Origin: Selaginella moellendorffii
Lineage: Eukaryota > Plantae > Lycopodiophyta
Direction of reading: 5' to 3'
DNA: 64,000 bases
Assembly: GCF_000143415.4 (NCBI RefSeq)
Contig: NW_003314261.1
Coordinates: 6,666,817-6,730,816, forward strand
The position numbers were made by a program, and so were the translations under genes. Positions 11,401-24,170 of this stretch are shown piece by piece; position 1 is the first letter of the stretch, and each line of letters opens with the position of its first letter. The notes beneath the pieces were generated by a model. The model was not told where the DNA came from. It made no database searches and worked only from the letters and a program-made list of their open reading frames with translations.

Positions 11401-12704
11401 ATTAGACAAAGAGGTTGCCCCCTTAACTCATTTAAGTTGGTGCATTTCTCACATAGTGTGAGTACCGTGAACTTTTTCTGGAGTTGTTTCCTTGGCGGTA
11501 TTCTAGACTCGAGTGTGCATCGACGAGGACGTCGATCTTCCCCAAGGGGGGGAGAGTGTCGCGAATGTGACTTCGGGTATCGAAAGTTACCTGTCGACCA
11601 GTCCTTACGGACACTCTTACCTTACTGCCACGATGGTAGGAGGTCGGTATTGCTGGACCCTTTATCAGCCCCTCTTGTTCAAGTGTTAGTAAACTGGACT
11701 TTGCATCTGTACTTGGCCGGATGAGCATAAGGAAGGAATTCCTAAGTGTCTATTTAGCTGAGCATACTCGGCCCGGCTTGTTAGTTCTCTTTTGCTCTGT
11801 CTTGCACTGGCTTGACAAGACCCCTCGCGTATTGAGATTGGTCCCTCAATATCGCTACATGATAGCTTACCGTGTCTGCCAAACACCCTCGCTATCATGC
11901 CCTTTGTGTTAGTCTCAATTCGTCCCAGATGCTATTTATGGAAAGTGTCCAGATTTGCTCATTTGGCATATCTACGGAATGTAGAGATCGTCCTGAACAC
12001 AATGGTGTTCGTCCCGTGTCCAAATTCGCAATCTAAGGACATTCCATATTTAGTAAGTTTTGAGCTTGTCCCAGAGACTAACTCCTGATACTAAGGGAGG
12101 CTTGGGGTGAAAGCCCAAAGCGTGTGTTCCTCAAGGGGGGGGGGGGGCTATGGGGGGTTCCAAATGTATAGTAGGGATAGTGGGTAGGTCGGGCATGGCC
12201 GACCAACCTAAGGCATAGTCTAGCTCCCGCTTGCGTGCCTGTCCTTGTTCTGCGTCCGGCTTGGGTCTAAGCCCAAGTTCCATTCCATGCTAGTTGGTGG
12301 AGTACCCATATCCTTGCGTTAGGCCACCGGTATGCCGAAATAGCGCCAGACTCCGTTTGGCTCCGTTTTGCGTGCTGGTCCTGGCATTGGGATGCTGGTT
12401 GCTTCAGGACTGTTCCAAGTTGCTCCGGGCCCCTGTCCCTTCGCTCCTTGGGCTGTATGCTCGGGAGTTGCACCGTGGTTCGGTTCCATCACTCCTTGGC
12501 TCCACGCTTGGGAGTTTGGCACCGTTTCTTCGTTCAGTGGCCCAAGGCCCTGAACCTCGGGTTCCTATGCACACGTGGCACAGACACGTGGTATGTGACA
12601 CGTGGCATCTGTCACGTGGCACAAAGAGGGTTTAGGTTCCGCTTCGTGGTGTTATCCTATGGTAAATCACCATAGTACAAAGGGTCAAAACCACGTGCGC
12701 TACA
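5411..12704 (+). mobile_element. Non-autonomous LTR element C (LARD-like), inserted in the 5' LTR of B
   Basis: TSD GGTGG (5406-5410, 12705-12709); LTRs 5411-6555 and 11557-12704 (about 7 substitutions); PBS TGGTATCAGAG at 6558; PPT AAGGGGGGGAGAG 11544-11556; 5 kb internal region without a long ORF. Confidence 0.93.
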
Positions 12705-15700
12705 GGTGGGGAGAGTACCCAGGTGGCTCGCGTAAGGCCACGGTGTTCCGAAATGTTGTCCCAAAGGCCCAGACTGTGGAAAGGAAGAGGAGCAGTCCTC
12801 TGGGGTAGTGACCAAGGACACAGTCTTGTGGTGAGGAAGTCCCAGAGGACCGTGGGACTTAGTGGTCGGGCCTGTGGGCCTCGATCCAGTGGCAGTGTTG
12901 GCAAACACGGCCAGGGGCAGAAAGGGACTTGGTAGGAACTGACAAAGGGACTTTGGGGAAGGCAATTCCCCAGGTCTGTGGGCATCCTAAGGATGCTAAG
13001 GAGTGGATCTAGGATGACCCCTCGTGGACACATGGCCCAGTCTTGGAGAGACGAGGTGGTGATGCAAGTGGTGTTGAACCACTAGTGCAGCAAAGGTGAA
13101 TGGGCATGGCCTTAGCGTAACGGGCCGAGATGTCAGTGGTACCTTTGGGTGTCGGTCTCAGGACCGGACACGTGGAGCACTTGGACCAGGTGCAAGTGTG
13201 GAGTGGCATGGATGCCATTCTTGGGGCTAGCAAGTCCCAAGTCCTGAATTGGACTGATGGAGGTTGTGAATGAGACTCCTCCAAGTGGTCGGAGGTGTGG
13301 TTAAGTGACTAAAGTAGAATGGAAAAATTAGTCGCTTACAACTTGGTATCAGAGCTGTTCCTTAGTCCGACTTTTATTGGTGCTCAAGTATATCACCACT
13401 AGTGTTGGCATCGGAAGATCCGAGGAGTGGGCCTATCCTTGAGGAGTAGCAAGTCGGGAAGACATGGCTCTCCATTACAGTTCATGTGTGAACTTGTAGA
13501 CGAGGTGGTGGATAGAAAAGGGCCAATAATGGAACGACTTTGGGATCTTGGGAACAGTGCAAGGTTTTCCTCATATAGTTGAGGTTGGTGCTCATGAATG
13601 TGAGACCAAAGGTAATGACCGTGGAAGGTCAAATACGGAAGAGGACTCAAGTCCTTGAAATGGTAGCCGGGGCTACCTCTAATAAATGCTGGAACAACCC
13701 AAGGAGTTGGGGGTGTATTAAGTGGATGAGTTGGTATTCTCATCACATGGACAAGTAGTCCTAAGGGGCAAAGGTTGCCCCCAGAGAACAAAATCAAGTG
13801 TCGGAGTAACACTTATGAAAATAGTCCTTTTGAGTAGGACCGGAATGCAAGAAGTGTATTCCAGTGAGCTAGTGCCTCACAAGTAGGACCTTACGGGTCG
13901 GTGGATTAACCAAGTCCAAAACTGCTAGACGACTCAAGTAGAGTTAAGGGATGGTCCTAAAAGGACTGATAGAAGCATTTGGACTGAGGTGCGTTGTACC
14001 CCACAAAGGATGGGGGGGGATCATAGGATCCAAGGATGAGAACAGAGAGTATCTCATCGATGGCAAAATGTGCCATGCTAAAGTTATGGGAAAGGTGTTC
14101 CCAGAAGAAAACAACTTTGACACAAAGTTGTGTGTGACCTCTATGGTGTAGTGCTAACGGATGGTTGGCATGAGAAAGAGCGGTGTTGGTCTTGGCAAAG
14201 ACTTAAACACGAAGGGGAAGTGTCATAGAGGTAGGCTCGTGGAGCTGATGGTGTGGAGACACCAAATGTGCCAAGGTGTGATACCTTGAGGCTATGTTGG
14301 TGGGTTCATGAGAACCCCTTGCCAAAGGAATCCCAATGGAAATGGGAATGGCATAGCCTAAGCGGCAGAGCATGCAGTTGGAGTGCGGTGACCCAGATAA
14401 TGATGGAGGTGTGCAAGCACCAAGCAATGAGTTGTAGGACTTGACAACCATGAGGCAACTAAGCAAGAGGTGCAAAATAACTGGTTAAACGGGTAGAAGG
14501 TAGCTACCCAAGACTTCTAGTATAGGGAAGTAGTTCCCGAGTGTTCAAAGAGAGGGCTTTGAACGAAAGTCGATGGTCAAGGACTTTCATGCTTATGCAG
14601 GAACCATGTTACAATGGTCGGAGAACTTGCCAAGTGAGATTGGCACGTCAGGGGAACAAAGACCCTAGTTGAAGGTGATAACTTCAAAAAGGGTGGGCCA
14701 TGGGGCCGAGCATGGAGGAGTCCATGCATGATCACAGACATGTCAAGTGAGAGGACTTGGCAGTGTGGAGGAACTAGGTTCCCAAGCTGTGATCTGTAGC
14801 GCGCTTTAAAAATAAGTTGGTGCACCGGCGTGGGGAGTCACGCCAGGCATCTTGTGTGATGCCATCCGTAGATGCATATACGGAGGTTGGGTTCGAGTCC
14901 CGACCCTTTAGTGCTTGAGTTCGAGTCCCAAATCACTAGGGCGTGGTGATGGTTTGGAATATGAGGACACTCATATTTCGGTGGTCATGGACTCTCAGTG
15001 GGGAGACTAGTTTGGGCACACCGCCAAGCGAGGGATGCCTCGGAGTCGTGATGCACGGTTAGATTGCTTAGTGTGAAAGCTCAGCATATCTAACTTGAAC
15101 ACTTTGGTGCAAGTGGCACCAAGGTCGTGGTGAGTGAGATGGGGACACCTAATCTCAGTTGCTATGAACCCTTGGCCGTAAGGGCTAGCTTGGGTGCACC
15201 GCCAAGTGTGGGGGATGCCCCCAGGGTTATAGTCAACAACTTGGAGGTCTAGAAAACCAAGTACCTCTTGGCAACTCTGTTAAGGTGCCAAGGTGAGATC
15301 ACTAGGTGATCTTATGGCCAGATAAGGACAAGGTCCTTGGTTGGCTAAGGAATGAAGTTCTTGGTTCAAAATGTTGAAATTGAACTGTTTAAGGTGGTGT
15401 GGCTTGGTCGTGATAACCAAGTGGGAAGAGCACCTAAGGGAAATAAACTATGTCCGTGCGATGGCATAGTGAGTCCGAGGAAAGTAGTCTCTATAAAAGA
15501 CCCATGGGAGGGTCACGAAGTTGGGCCGTGGATAGAGCCCATAGCAGAAGATGCTAAAGAGACGTACTAGGGGTGAACGTCCTCCGGACTTGGCAAAGAA
15601 GAGTCTTTGCTATGGAACCGAAACAATACCTCAAGGAGGGAGGTAGAGATTCGATGTTGCTTGGTGCAACAATCAACAGATAGGAGCAAAAGATGAGTGG

Positions 15701-16393
15701 CCAAGATAGGGCCGTGGAATCCCTTGGAAGGAATCCAAGTGACAAAGTTAGTCGAGGAACACTAATGTGTTGGACGCTAACAAGTTGCGGGAAAGGAAGT
15801 GTGTTTCCAAGGAGGGATTCCGAAAGGCTCCGAGTTGGCAAAAGTGGAAGCTCCAAGGGAGGGAGCGGTAAGGTAGCCAAATGATAGGGCCATGAACAGC
15901 CCTAGCACAAAGCATGATAACTGGAACTTTTGCATGAAATAGAAGAGAGGATGATGGTGCCCTCGAGTAGAGAACTTCCTAGGATGGGAAGTGGAGTTGC
16001 ACAAAAGGTGCAAGGCAAGGTGTCAGAGACACCTAGGAAATTGACTCCAAGAAGTCAAAAATTCAAAGTTCCAAAGTGCAAAGGTTATATCGATGGAAAT
16101 TGAGACTACTCGAGAAGGAGTAGTGGGATTGACTTAGAGAAGGGTCTCTAAGAGGTTTAGCGAGAACTAAACCAATAAAAGGATGAACCATTACATGTGG
16201 TCCAATCAGTCTCTAAATTGGAGAGACCACGCTCCTTAAAGGATGGACAAGGCATGGTGAGCCTTTGATGTCAAACCATAGACAAAGATTGGCTAGGTGC
16301 CAAAGATGGAAATGGTAACACATGTGGGTGTTACTTTATGAAAGGGTTTACCGTTTGATGAGGACATCGAACTTCGTCTATGGGTGGTGGAGT

Positions 16394-18197
16394 TGTGAGA
16401 CACAAAATCCCTAGGCCCCAAAGTGGAGCCGGAAGGGCGCCACATGGTAGTGGCCGAAGCGAGAGCCAAACGAGCGTAACACGTTTGGACCAAAAGCTCC
16501 GACTTGAAAAGTCAAGAGCGGGAGTGGAACTCCCAACGAAGTGCTCGAGGAACGAGCACGAAGCGAGCAAAAGGCAAGGCTCCAAAAAGGGACCCAAAAA
16601 GGACCAACACATGACACGTGGGAGTGTCCGAGATGGACTCGAGATGGAGTCCGAGATGGAGTCCGAGATGGACCCGAGATGGAGTCCGAGATGGAGTCCG
16701 AGATGAAGTCCGAGGTGGACCCGAGATGGACCCGAGTTGGAGTCCAAAGTGGAGTCCGAGATGGACCCGAGATGGAGTCCGAGATGGAGTCCGAGGTGGA
16801 CCCGAGATGGACCCGAAATGGAGTCCGAGATGGAGTCCGAGATGGACCCGAGATGGAGTCCGAGATGGAGTCCGAGATGGAGTCCGAGGTGGACCCGAGA
16901 TGGACCCGAAATGGAGTCCGAGATGGAGTCCGAGATGGACCCGAGATGGAGTCCGAGATGGAGTCCGAGATGGACCCGAGATGGACCCGAGATGGAGTCC
17001 GAGATGGAGTCCGAGATGGAGTCCGAAGTCGAGACCGAGACCGGAACCGAGACCGGGACCGAGACCGAGACCGAGACCGAGATCGGGACCGAGACCGAGA
17101 CCGAGGCCGAGGCCAAGACCGAGCCCGAGCCCGAGTCCGAGTCCGAATCCGAGTCCGAGTCTGAGTCCGAGTCCGAGTCCGAGTCCGAGTCCGGAGCCTG
17201 AGAGGGTGAAAGCCCAAAGCGGTCGTCTCCCAGACCCTGGGGGGTTTGGTGAGCTCCAAAAGTATAGTAGGGGGAGGACTGCAGTGGAGCCAGTTTGGCC
17301 AGGAAAGGCCAGTTTGGCCCAGGAAGGCCAGACCCAGTGTTGGGTGATGAACTGACCACTGGGAAGTCCAAGACTAGAGTGAATACGGACCGACAAGCGG
17401 GGTAGCTTGGTGAAGTGTTCAAGAGCCGGCTCTAGTTCCCCCGGGAGATCGACTGGCCGATGCTCCCAGTCCAAGTGTGGGTGGCACTACCTACTTGGAT
17501 ACCAAGCGTGGCTCAATGGAACCTCGCTCTAAGCCCATGGCTAGAGCACCTAAAGGCGATAGGTGGGGAGAGTACCCAGGTGGCTCGCGTAAGGCCACGG
17601 TGTTCCGAAATGTTGTCCCAAAGGCCCAGACTGTGGAAAGGAAGAGGAGCAGTCCTCTGAGGTAGTGACCAAGGACACAGTCTTGTGGTGAGGAAGTCCT
17701 AGAGGACCGTGGGACTTAGTGGTCGGGCCTGTGGGCCTCGATCCAGTGGCAGTGTTGGCAAACACGGCCAGGGGCAGAAAGGGACTTGGTAGGAACTGAC
17801 AAAGGGACTTTGGGGAAGGCAATTCCCCAGGTCTGTGGGCATCCTAAGGATGCTAAGGAGTGGATCTAGGATGACCCCTCGTGGACACATGGCCCAGTCT
17901 TGGAGAGACGAGGTGGTGATGCAAGTGGTGTTGAACCACTAGTGCAGCAAAGGTGAATGGGCATGGCCTTAGCGTAACGGGCCGAGATGTCAGTGGTACC
18001 TTTGGGTGTCGGTCTCAAGACCGGACACGTGGAGCACTTGGACCAGGTGCAAGTGTGGAGTGGCATGGATGCCATTCTTGGGGCTAGCAAGTCCCAAGTC
18101 CTGAATTGGACTGATGGAGGTTGTGAATGAGACTCCTCCAAGTGGTCGGAGGTGTGGTTAAGTGACTAAAGTAGAATGGAAAAATTAGTCGCTTACA
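16394..18197 (+). repeat. 3' LTR of element B (1804 bp)
   Basis: Near-identical to the rejoined 5' LTR; TGTGAG...GCTTACA ends. Confidence 0.95.
16626..17193 (+). repeat. Hexamer tandem array in the 3' LTR of B
   Basis: Direct reading of the sequence. Confidence 0.95.
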
Positions 18198-20655
18198 ACA
18201 CCCTCGTTTGCTTGTAATAAATGAGTCCATTGCGTTCTGCATAGCCCGTTTTCTCTTCCGTTGGCAGCTCACCTCTCTGGTGAGCTTCCCGCGCCTCTAG
18301 ATTCCTCAGCAACACTTCCTGTGCTAGACCATCGTTCTCATATGCTGTCCGCACATCGTCCCAGAAGGTTGCTGTTGCGCTGGATATTGCCAACCTCAAG
18401 CTCGCTTTTCGACTTAGCGCATCCGCCACGATGTTGCTCTTCCCAGGCTTGTACAGAATTTCGCAATCAAACTCAGCCAAGGCATTGGCCCACCGACCTT
18501 GTTTCCCTCTTAGGTCGGGCTGTGACAAGAAGTGTTTCGTTGCCACATTGTCCGTGTAAACCTTGAAGTGTCTCCCAAGGTAGTGTCACCACTCCTTGAG
18601 CGCCTTGACCACCGCAAACAATTCCTTCTCGTGGGCAGGCCACTTCCGTTGAGCCTTGTCCAGCTTCTTCGAGAAGAACGCTACCGGATGGTTGTCTTGC
18701 TTCAAAACTACGCCTAACGCAAAGTCCGAAGCATCCGTTTCTACCTCAAAGTCCTTACCAAAGTCTGGTAATGCCAATACGGGAGCCTTCCTCAACTTCC
18801 CTTTGAGGTGGACGAATGCCGCCTCGCATTCCGCTGTCCACACCATCTTCCCTTTTCCTGTTTGGTCCGTTAAGGGCAGGGCTACTCTCGAATAGTGTCT
18901 GATAAACTTTCGATAGTAGTTGCATAGCCCCAGGAATGCCCTCAACTCGTGTACATTGAATGGTCGCTCCCATTCCTGGATCGCTTGGACCTTCTCCGGG
19001 TCCACCTTGAGCCCGTCCTGGCCCACCACATGCCCGAGAAACTTTACCTCTTGTTGAGCAAAGTCACATTTTCTCTCTTTAGCATACAGCTTGTGTTCCC
19101 TTAGTTTCTCAAACACCTTCGCCAAGTGTTCGGCATGCTCCTCTAGCGTCTCGCTATAGATCAGGATGTTGTCGATATAGACGACCACGAAGTGATCCAG
19201 ATAGGGTACAAAGACGTGGTTCATTAGCGCCGAAAACGTTGCTGGCGCATTACATAGCCCGAAGGGCATCACCAGAAACTCAAAGCTCCCATACCTCGTT
19301 CGACAGGTTGTCTTCTCGACATCTTCCTCGGCTACCCTGATCTGGTAGTATCCTGACCTTAGGTCAATCCTCGAGAAGTATTTTGCCTTTCCCAACCTAT
19401 CGAACAGGTCCTCAATCCTTGGCAAAGGGTACTTGTTCTTCTTTGTATACTTGTTGAGCAAGCGGTAGTCTATGCACATGCGCATAGATCCATCTTTCTT
19501 TTTCACAAATAACACCGGCGCCCCATACGGCGACTTGCTCAACCTAACATACCCTTTGTCTACCAACTCCTCTAGTTGGCACTTGAGCTCCTTGAGTTCT
19601 TTTTCGTTCAAACGATAAGGGGGACGAACCACTGCCTCAGCACCCTTGACCAGCTCAATCTTATGTTCTATCGGTCGTGCTGGGGGTAGCCCCGCCGGTA
19701 GCTCCTCCGGCATGGTATCCTGGAATTGGTCCAACACCCGTTGGATCACTAAAGGTACTTCTTCCATTCCTGTCTTTTTGTCACTCTTCACCGAGAGTAA
19801 GCACAAAAAGGCCACCTTAGTTCCTTTAGTGAGTTGTCCTCTCGTGGACACCAGGTTTAAGCAGGAATCTTTGACCTTGCTTTGCCCTACCTTTAGATCT
19901 TGGGCCTCCGCCCTAGATCTTCTTCCTTGGGCATTCGCCAGTACCACAAGGTTTCTACCTTGTCCATGCAGGGCTACCACGAATCGATTGAACCAGTCCA
20001 TTCTGAAGATCACGTCAAATCCCGCCATGTCCAACACGGTGAAGTCCATGTCCACCTTCCAAGTCCCCACTTCGACTTTCGCTTGTCGAAGTACCTCATC
20101 GGTGCTTTGGCTACCTTGAACAAACTCTATAGTCCTTGGTTCGCCTAGCCGCTGCACCGTTAGTCTGGCTTGCCGGACTATATCTGCAGCCACAAAATTA
20201 TCCGAAGCACCCGTGTCAATAAGGATTTTAACAAAGCTACCTCCGAGCTTCCCTCGGAGGGCTAGTAGATGTCGCGAATGACTCTCTACCAAAGTTGCTC
20301 GTGTAATGAGTAACTTTGAGTTAGGGACTGGATCACATACCTCTGTTTGGACTTCACCCGACTTGATGGCCATATTGGCTCTGGCCTTCTTCGGGTAGGG
20401 ACATTCCCTCGAGAAGTGTCCCGCTTCACCGCAATTGTAGCATACGTTGTTTCCCACGCTGCTATATGACTTGACCTTCTTATCCGTGGGTTTGTCTCTT
20501 TTCGTCTGACTCCCCCACGTACTCGCTCGCTGGCCACCGGATCTGCCTTTCCGAAACCCCGAGGACTCATTCTTAGAGAAACTCTTCTTGAATTTCCCTC
20601 TGCTAAACGTTCCCCTTTCGCAGGCTATCGTTGAAATGCACCTTGATGGCCGCAT
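18198..20655 (-). pseudogene. pol: pol of element A: CCHC knuckle, aspartic protease, RT, RNase H
   Basis: [14 protein letters not shown]; [10 protein letters not shown]; [28 protein letters not shown] (YxDD changed to YIDN); [10 protein letters not shown]; internal TGA at 18586; cut by element B at 18197. Confidence 0.95.
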
Positions 20656-21490
20656 CCAACGCTTCTTTGTAGTTGGTCGGGTTCCACCGCATTACTTCGC
20701 CGCGATCCCAGGTTTGCAAACCTGATATGAAGGCATGGAACGCATCCATATCCCCCATGTCCATGACAAGTATCCTCTTTGCCATAAACCCATTCACATA
20801 CTCCTGAATGGTTCCGGTCTGCTTCAGCCTACTCAGCTCGTCCCTTAGATGCAGAGTAGCATTCGGAGGAACGTAAGTTGCGCGGATCCTCGCCTTCATC
20901 ATTTCCCAAGTGGCCACCGGTCCTTCGTTGGCCTCTGTCGTTCTCCACCAAAACTTGGCATTATCTGCCAAGTATGGTTTTGCACATGGGACCTTCTCCG
21001 AGCTTGGTAATCGCAACGTTCGGAAGTAGTCCTCCATATCGTAAAACCAATCCTCCACCACCTTATAGTCGTTCACTCCCTTGAAGACCGGTGGGGGCTT
21101 TGGTTTGTACTTGGGAACTGCCTGAGGGACTGATTCCACTTTGGTCTGTTCGACCTTGTCTAGTTTTGCCTCAGTCCCTGCCGAAGGGTCCGCACCTTCT
21201 GCGCTGCCAGCATCCGCAGTCTTTCGCTTTTTCTTCCGCTTCTCGTCACGCTTTAGCTTGCATACGAGAGTCTCTAGCAGGGCATTGGTCTGTGTCAATT
21301 GTCCTTTTAGAACATCCAATTGAGCCTAGGACGACCGAACCTCACCACCAGACTCCTGTTTGGAAGTTGCCTCACTAGAGTCCTCCTCATGCAAGGATTC
21401 CTCATCCATCGCCTCCTGTTCGACCGGAGGCTCCAGCTCTGGAGGAGGTTCCGTCTCTGCCTGGGTTCACTTACGTCCTGCCCTTGCCAT
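20603..21490 (-). pseudogene. gag: gag of element A
   Basis: Retrotransposon gag motifs (PPVFKG...VEDWFYDMEDYF, LKQTGTIQEY). ATG at 21490 is in frame but followed by two premature stops. An apparent 1-nt insertion in a G run near 20612 separates it from the zinc knuckle. Confidence 0.9.
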
Positions 21491-21534
21491 CTCCCAGCAA
21501 TCCGCCTCTATCCTTCGCTAGAACTGAGGAAGAG

Positions 21535-21546
21535 GCTCCGATACCA
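21535..21546 (-). other. Primer-binding site of A (tRNA-iMet type)
   Basis: Minus strand TGGTATCGGAGC, 3 nt inside the 5' LTR; one mismatch to TGGTATCAGAGC. Confidence 0.85.
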
Positions 21547-21549
21547 AAT

Positions 21550-22701
21550 TGTAAGCCACAAATTTTTCCTTTCCAATTTGCCAGCTTACCTCGCCTATCC
21601 GACCAACTCTACCTTGGCTTGTGCTAAGTTCCCTCGCCAAGGTTCTCGCCTATGGTACCAGCTCCTACTTGGTTTCAGCTACTTACTGCACGAGCAACGG
21701 AGTGTTAGCCATCCATCTACGGATTCCCAAATCTCTCCCAATCCCCCTCCCCGGGTTAGACTGGACTTGAGGTTCGGCTACACTCCCCGCAGGCACAAAC
21801 AGCCAAGCACACCAAGCCTCCAGATTCCTAACACCCCTTGGTACCACAAGACTTGATCATGGGACCCTCTAAATCCCAAGCCTTGGGTGCAGCACTTGCT
21901 TCGGGACGTCGGGGCGAAACACCGTGGCCTAACGGCCCGGTATGGGTACCTCTACCCCCCCTCTTCCATCCCGAAGGGAAGGCCCAAGCCCCCGGAAGGG
22001 TGAGGACCAATGAGCCACAAGGTACTCAAGTGGGGCACCACTCCACCTGAGCCGGGAGCACCGCAGTCGGTTTCCCTTTCGGGAGTGGGAGCTGCTCTTG
22101 AGCACTTCCTTGGATGGCCCCTCCGGCACCAGCCAAGTCCATGCTCACTCCCACCCAAGGCCCCTCGGTCCCAGTCTCAACCTCAAGTCGGTGTGGAAGC
22201 CCAACTGGAGAGTCCCTTCAAAACTAGTTCCTGGACCTCACTATCCCTACTATACTTTTGGAACCCCCTGCAGCCCCCCCCCCCCCCCCTGGGAGACGCA
22301 CGCTTTGGGCTTTCCCCCTTGACCCGTATTAGTATTTGGACTTAGTCTCTGGCTCGATCTCGGACCCGATTTCGGATCCGACTTCGGATTCGGTCTCGGA
22401 CTCGATTTCGGACTCGATCTCGGACCCGATCTCGGACCCGACCTCGGACTCGACCTCGGACTCGGTCTCGGACCCGATTTCGGATCTCGGACTCCGTCTC
22501 GAACTCGGTCTCGAACTCGGACTCGAACTCGGTCCCCGAGTCGGTCTCGGACTTGATTCCAGACTCTATCTCGAACTCGGTCCTAGAGTCGGTCTTGGAC
22601 TCGATCCTCGACTTGGTCCCATCCGATGAACTCTTTGTCATTTCGGTCAAGCTTTTGGGGATCCTTTAGCCTACGACATCTCGGGGAGTCGGTTCCTTAC
22701 A
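21550..22701 (-). repeat. 5' LTR of element A
   Basis: 1152 bp with TGTAAG...CTTACA ends; adjacent PBS. Confidence 0.95.
22350..22615 (-). repeat. Degenerate hexamer array (GAGTCC/GAGATC/GAGACC) in the LTR of A; second copy ~2035-2300
   Basis: CTCGGA-type periodicity of 6 nt. Confidence 0.85.
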
Positions 22702-22706
22702 CTAGT

Positions 22707-23420
22707 GTCTTGCACAGGCTAGTGGCTTGCACCTAGTGTCATGCACTCAAGTTCAAATTCAAGTTCTTCAGCAGTACCATGTTTCTGGGGCTGTTGAGAT
22801 CTAGGGGTAAAGGGTTGCTAGTCAAGTTGGAATTACTGTTGTGGGACTAATATTACTCATATAAACCAGATCCACAACTCAATTATCTCAAAGCCAAATT
22901 TTGTGCCAAAGGAGTGGCCAGTTGAGTGAAGCTACAATCTTTTGAAAGAAAAGATTGAAAGTCTAGAGAGAGCTGGTTTCAAGCTAAATATTTCCTCAAA
23001 TGTTACTATTGATACTGCTATGCCACCACTGTTAACACTAAATTGGCATACATGACCAACTAGAAATGGGAAGGCTATACAATATAAGTCTTCCATTTCA
23101 AAAGGTGCACAAGAAAAGGTCAAGTTGGCAAAGGTGTTGAAATGCACAATAACAAGGATAAACTACATCAATGCCATGGCTAAGGAGTTTGTTGTTGTGA
23201 CTGAGTCATCAAAGGGTACGAGCTACATTATCAAAATCTGGGAAAATCCATCTTGTACCTATCTAGATTTTATATAAAGGGAGAATAGGGGAAAGGTATA
23301 TTTGGCCTGTAAACACATCTATTACATTTTTATGCAGGAACTAAATCAAGATTCTAAGGTCAACCATTACATCTATCAGGCAAACCTTACAATTGCAAAG
23401 TTTGAGAAGTGTTTCTAGAT
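22707..23420 (+). pseudogene. 3' part of the same MULE-like gene with a SWIM zinc finger remnant
   Basis: YIIKIWENPSCTYLDF*...LACKHIYYIF at ~23225-23335 is a degenerate CxC...CxH SWIM motif. It joins the left part across TSD CTAGT. Confidence 0.6.
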
Positions 23421-23839
23421 CGCTTTTAGTGTTCGGTCTATATTTATATTTGTATTTTATTGATCGAATTTACTTGGAAATATAGATTAAATCAAAATTT
23501 GAAAAATGAAAAGATATTGGTTCTAGATGAACCAATGTTTTTCTTGTATTTGAAAAATTATGAGCTCAACTCATGAACTTAGCTTGTGAGCTCATGAGCT
23601 CAAAACCTACCCGGGCTCAATACAAGCAGAAGAACAGGGTACTGGAGGTACATTGCTATGTGTTACCCATCAGTGAATACTAGATACATGAACTGCACGT
23701 GAACTGCTGCCAACACTTTTGTGTTTGCTGAACAACCTAAGGGGATTGGTTGCTCAGGTCAGTATAAGGAGTCAGCAAGGATCTCTCCATACTTAGTGGG
23801 AAAGAAACACCAACATTCAGCAAACAAGGGTCTAACCCA

Positions 23840-24170
23840 GGTTACCCAGCTAGCAGGGAGGGCATACATCCTGCAACGAACTTGGAATTTAGCACAGCTA
23901 GCAGGCGAGCAAACACCTCCTGCAGCGATCAAGGAACTTAGCCCAGCTAGCAAGTGAGGGAACACCTCCTGCAACGAACAAGTGACTTAACCCAGATAGC
24001 TAGCAAGGGAACAAAACAAGGGATTTAGCCTAGCTAGTGAGCAAGAGAACAAGTCTTGCAGCAAACCAGCCAGCTAGTGAGCGGGGGAACACATCCTGTA
24101 GCAAATAAGAAACTTAACCAGCTAGCCAGTGAGGGGATACATCCTGCAATGACTAAGGACTTCTCCAAGC
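23840..24170 (+). repeat. Degenerate ~49-bp tandem repeat, about 7 units
   Basis: Recurring CCCAGCTAGC...ACATCCTGCAACGAACAAGGAACTT. Confidence 0.7.

Larger units (their letters stand above)
4220..18197 (+). mobile_element. Non-autonomous LTR element B (LARD-like), inserted in pol of A
   Basis: TSD ACACC (4215-4219, 18198-18202); 5' LTR 4220-5410 plus 12710-13340; 3' LTR 16394-18197; PBS TGGTATCAGAGC 13344-13355; PPT 16380-16393; ~3 kb internal region with no recognisable gag/pol. Confidence 0.93.
1144..22701 (-). mobile_element. Ty3/gypsy chromovirus LTR retrotransposon A (full-length, inactivated, hosting nested elements B and C)
   Basis: TG...CA LTRs at 1144-2385 and 21550-22701; TSD CTAGT at 1139-1143 and 22702-22706; PBS and PPT present; domain order gag-PR-RT-RH-INT-chromodomain on the minus strand. 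Confidence 0.97.

Noticed and set aside
14885-14930. tRNA gene
   Set aside because: Only T-arm-like hairpins; no acceptor stem, D arm or anticodon arm found.
20600-20625. Programmed gag-pol frameshift in element A
   Set aside because: The shift falls before the gag zinc knuckle and is explained by one extra G in a G run of a copy with many other lesions.
23560-23620. GAGCTC palindromic cluster as the MULE terminal inverted repeat
   Set aside because: Plausible, but the partner end lies outside the window, so it cannot be verified.
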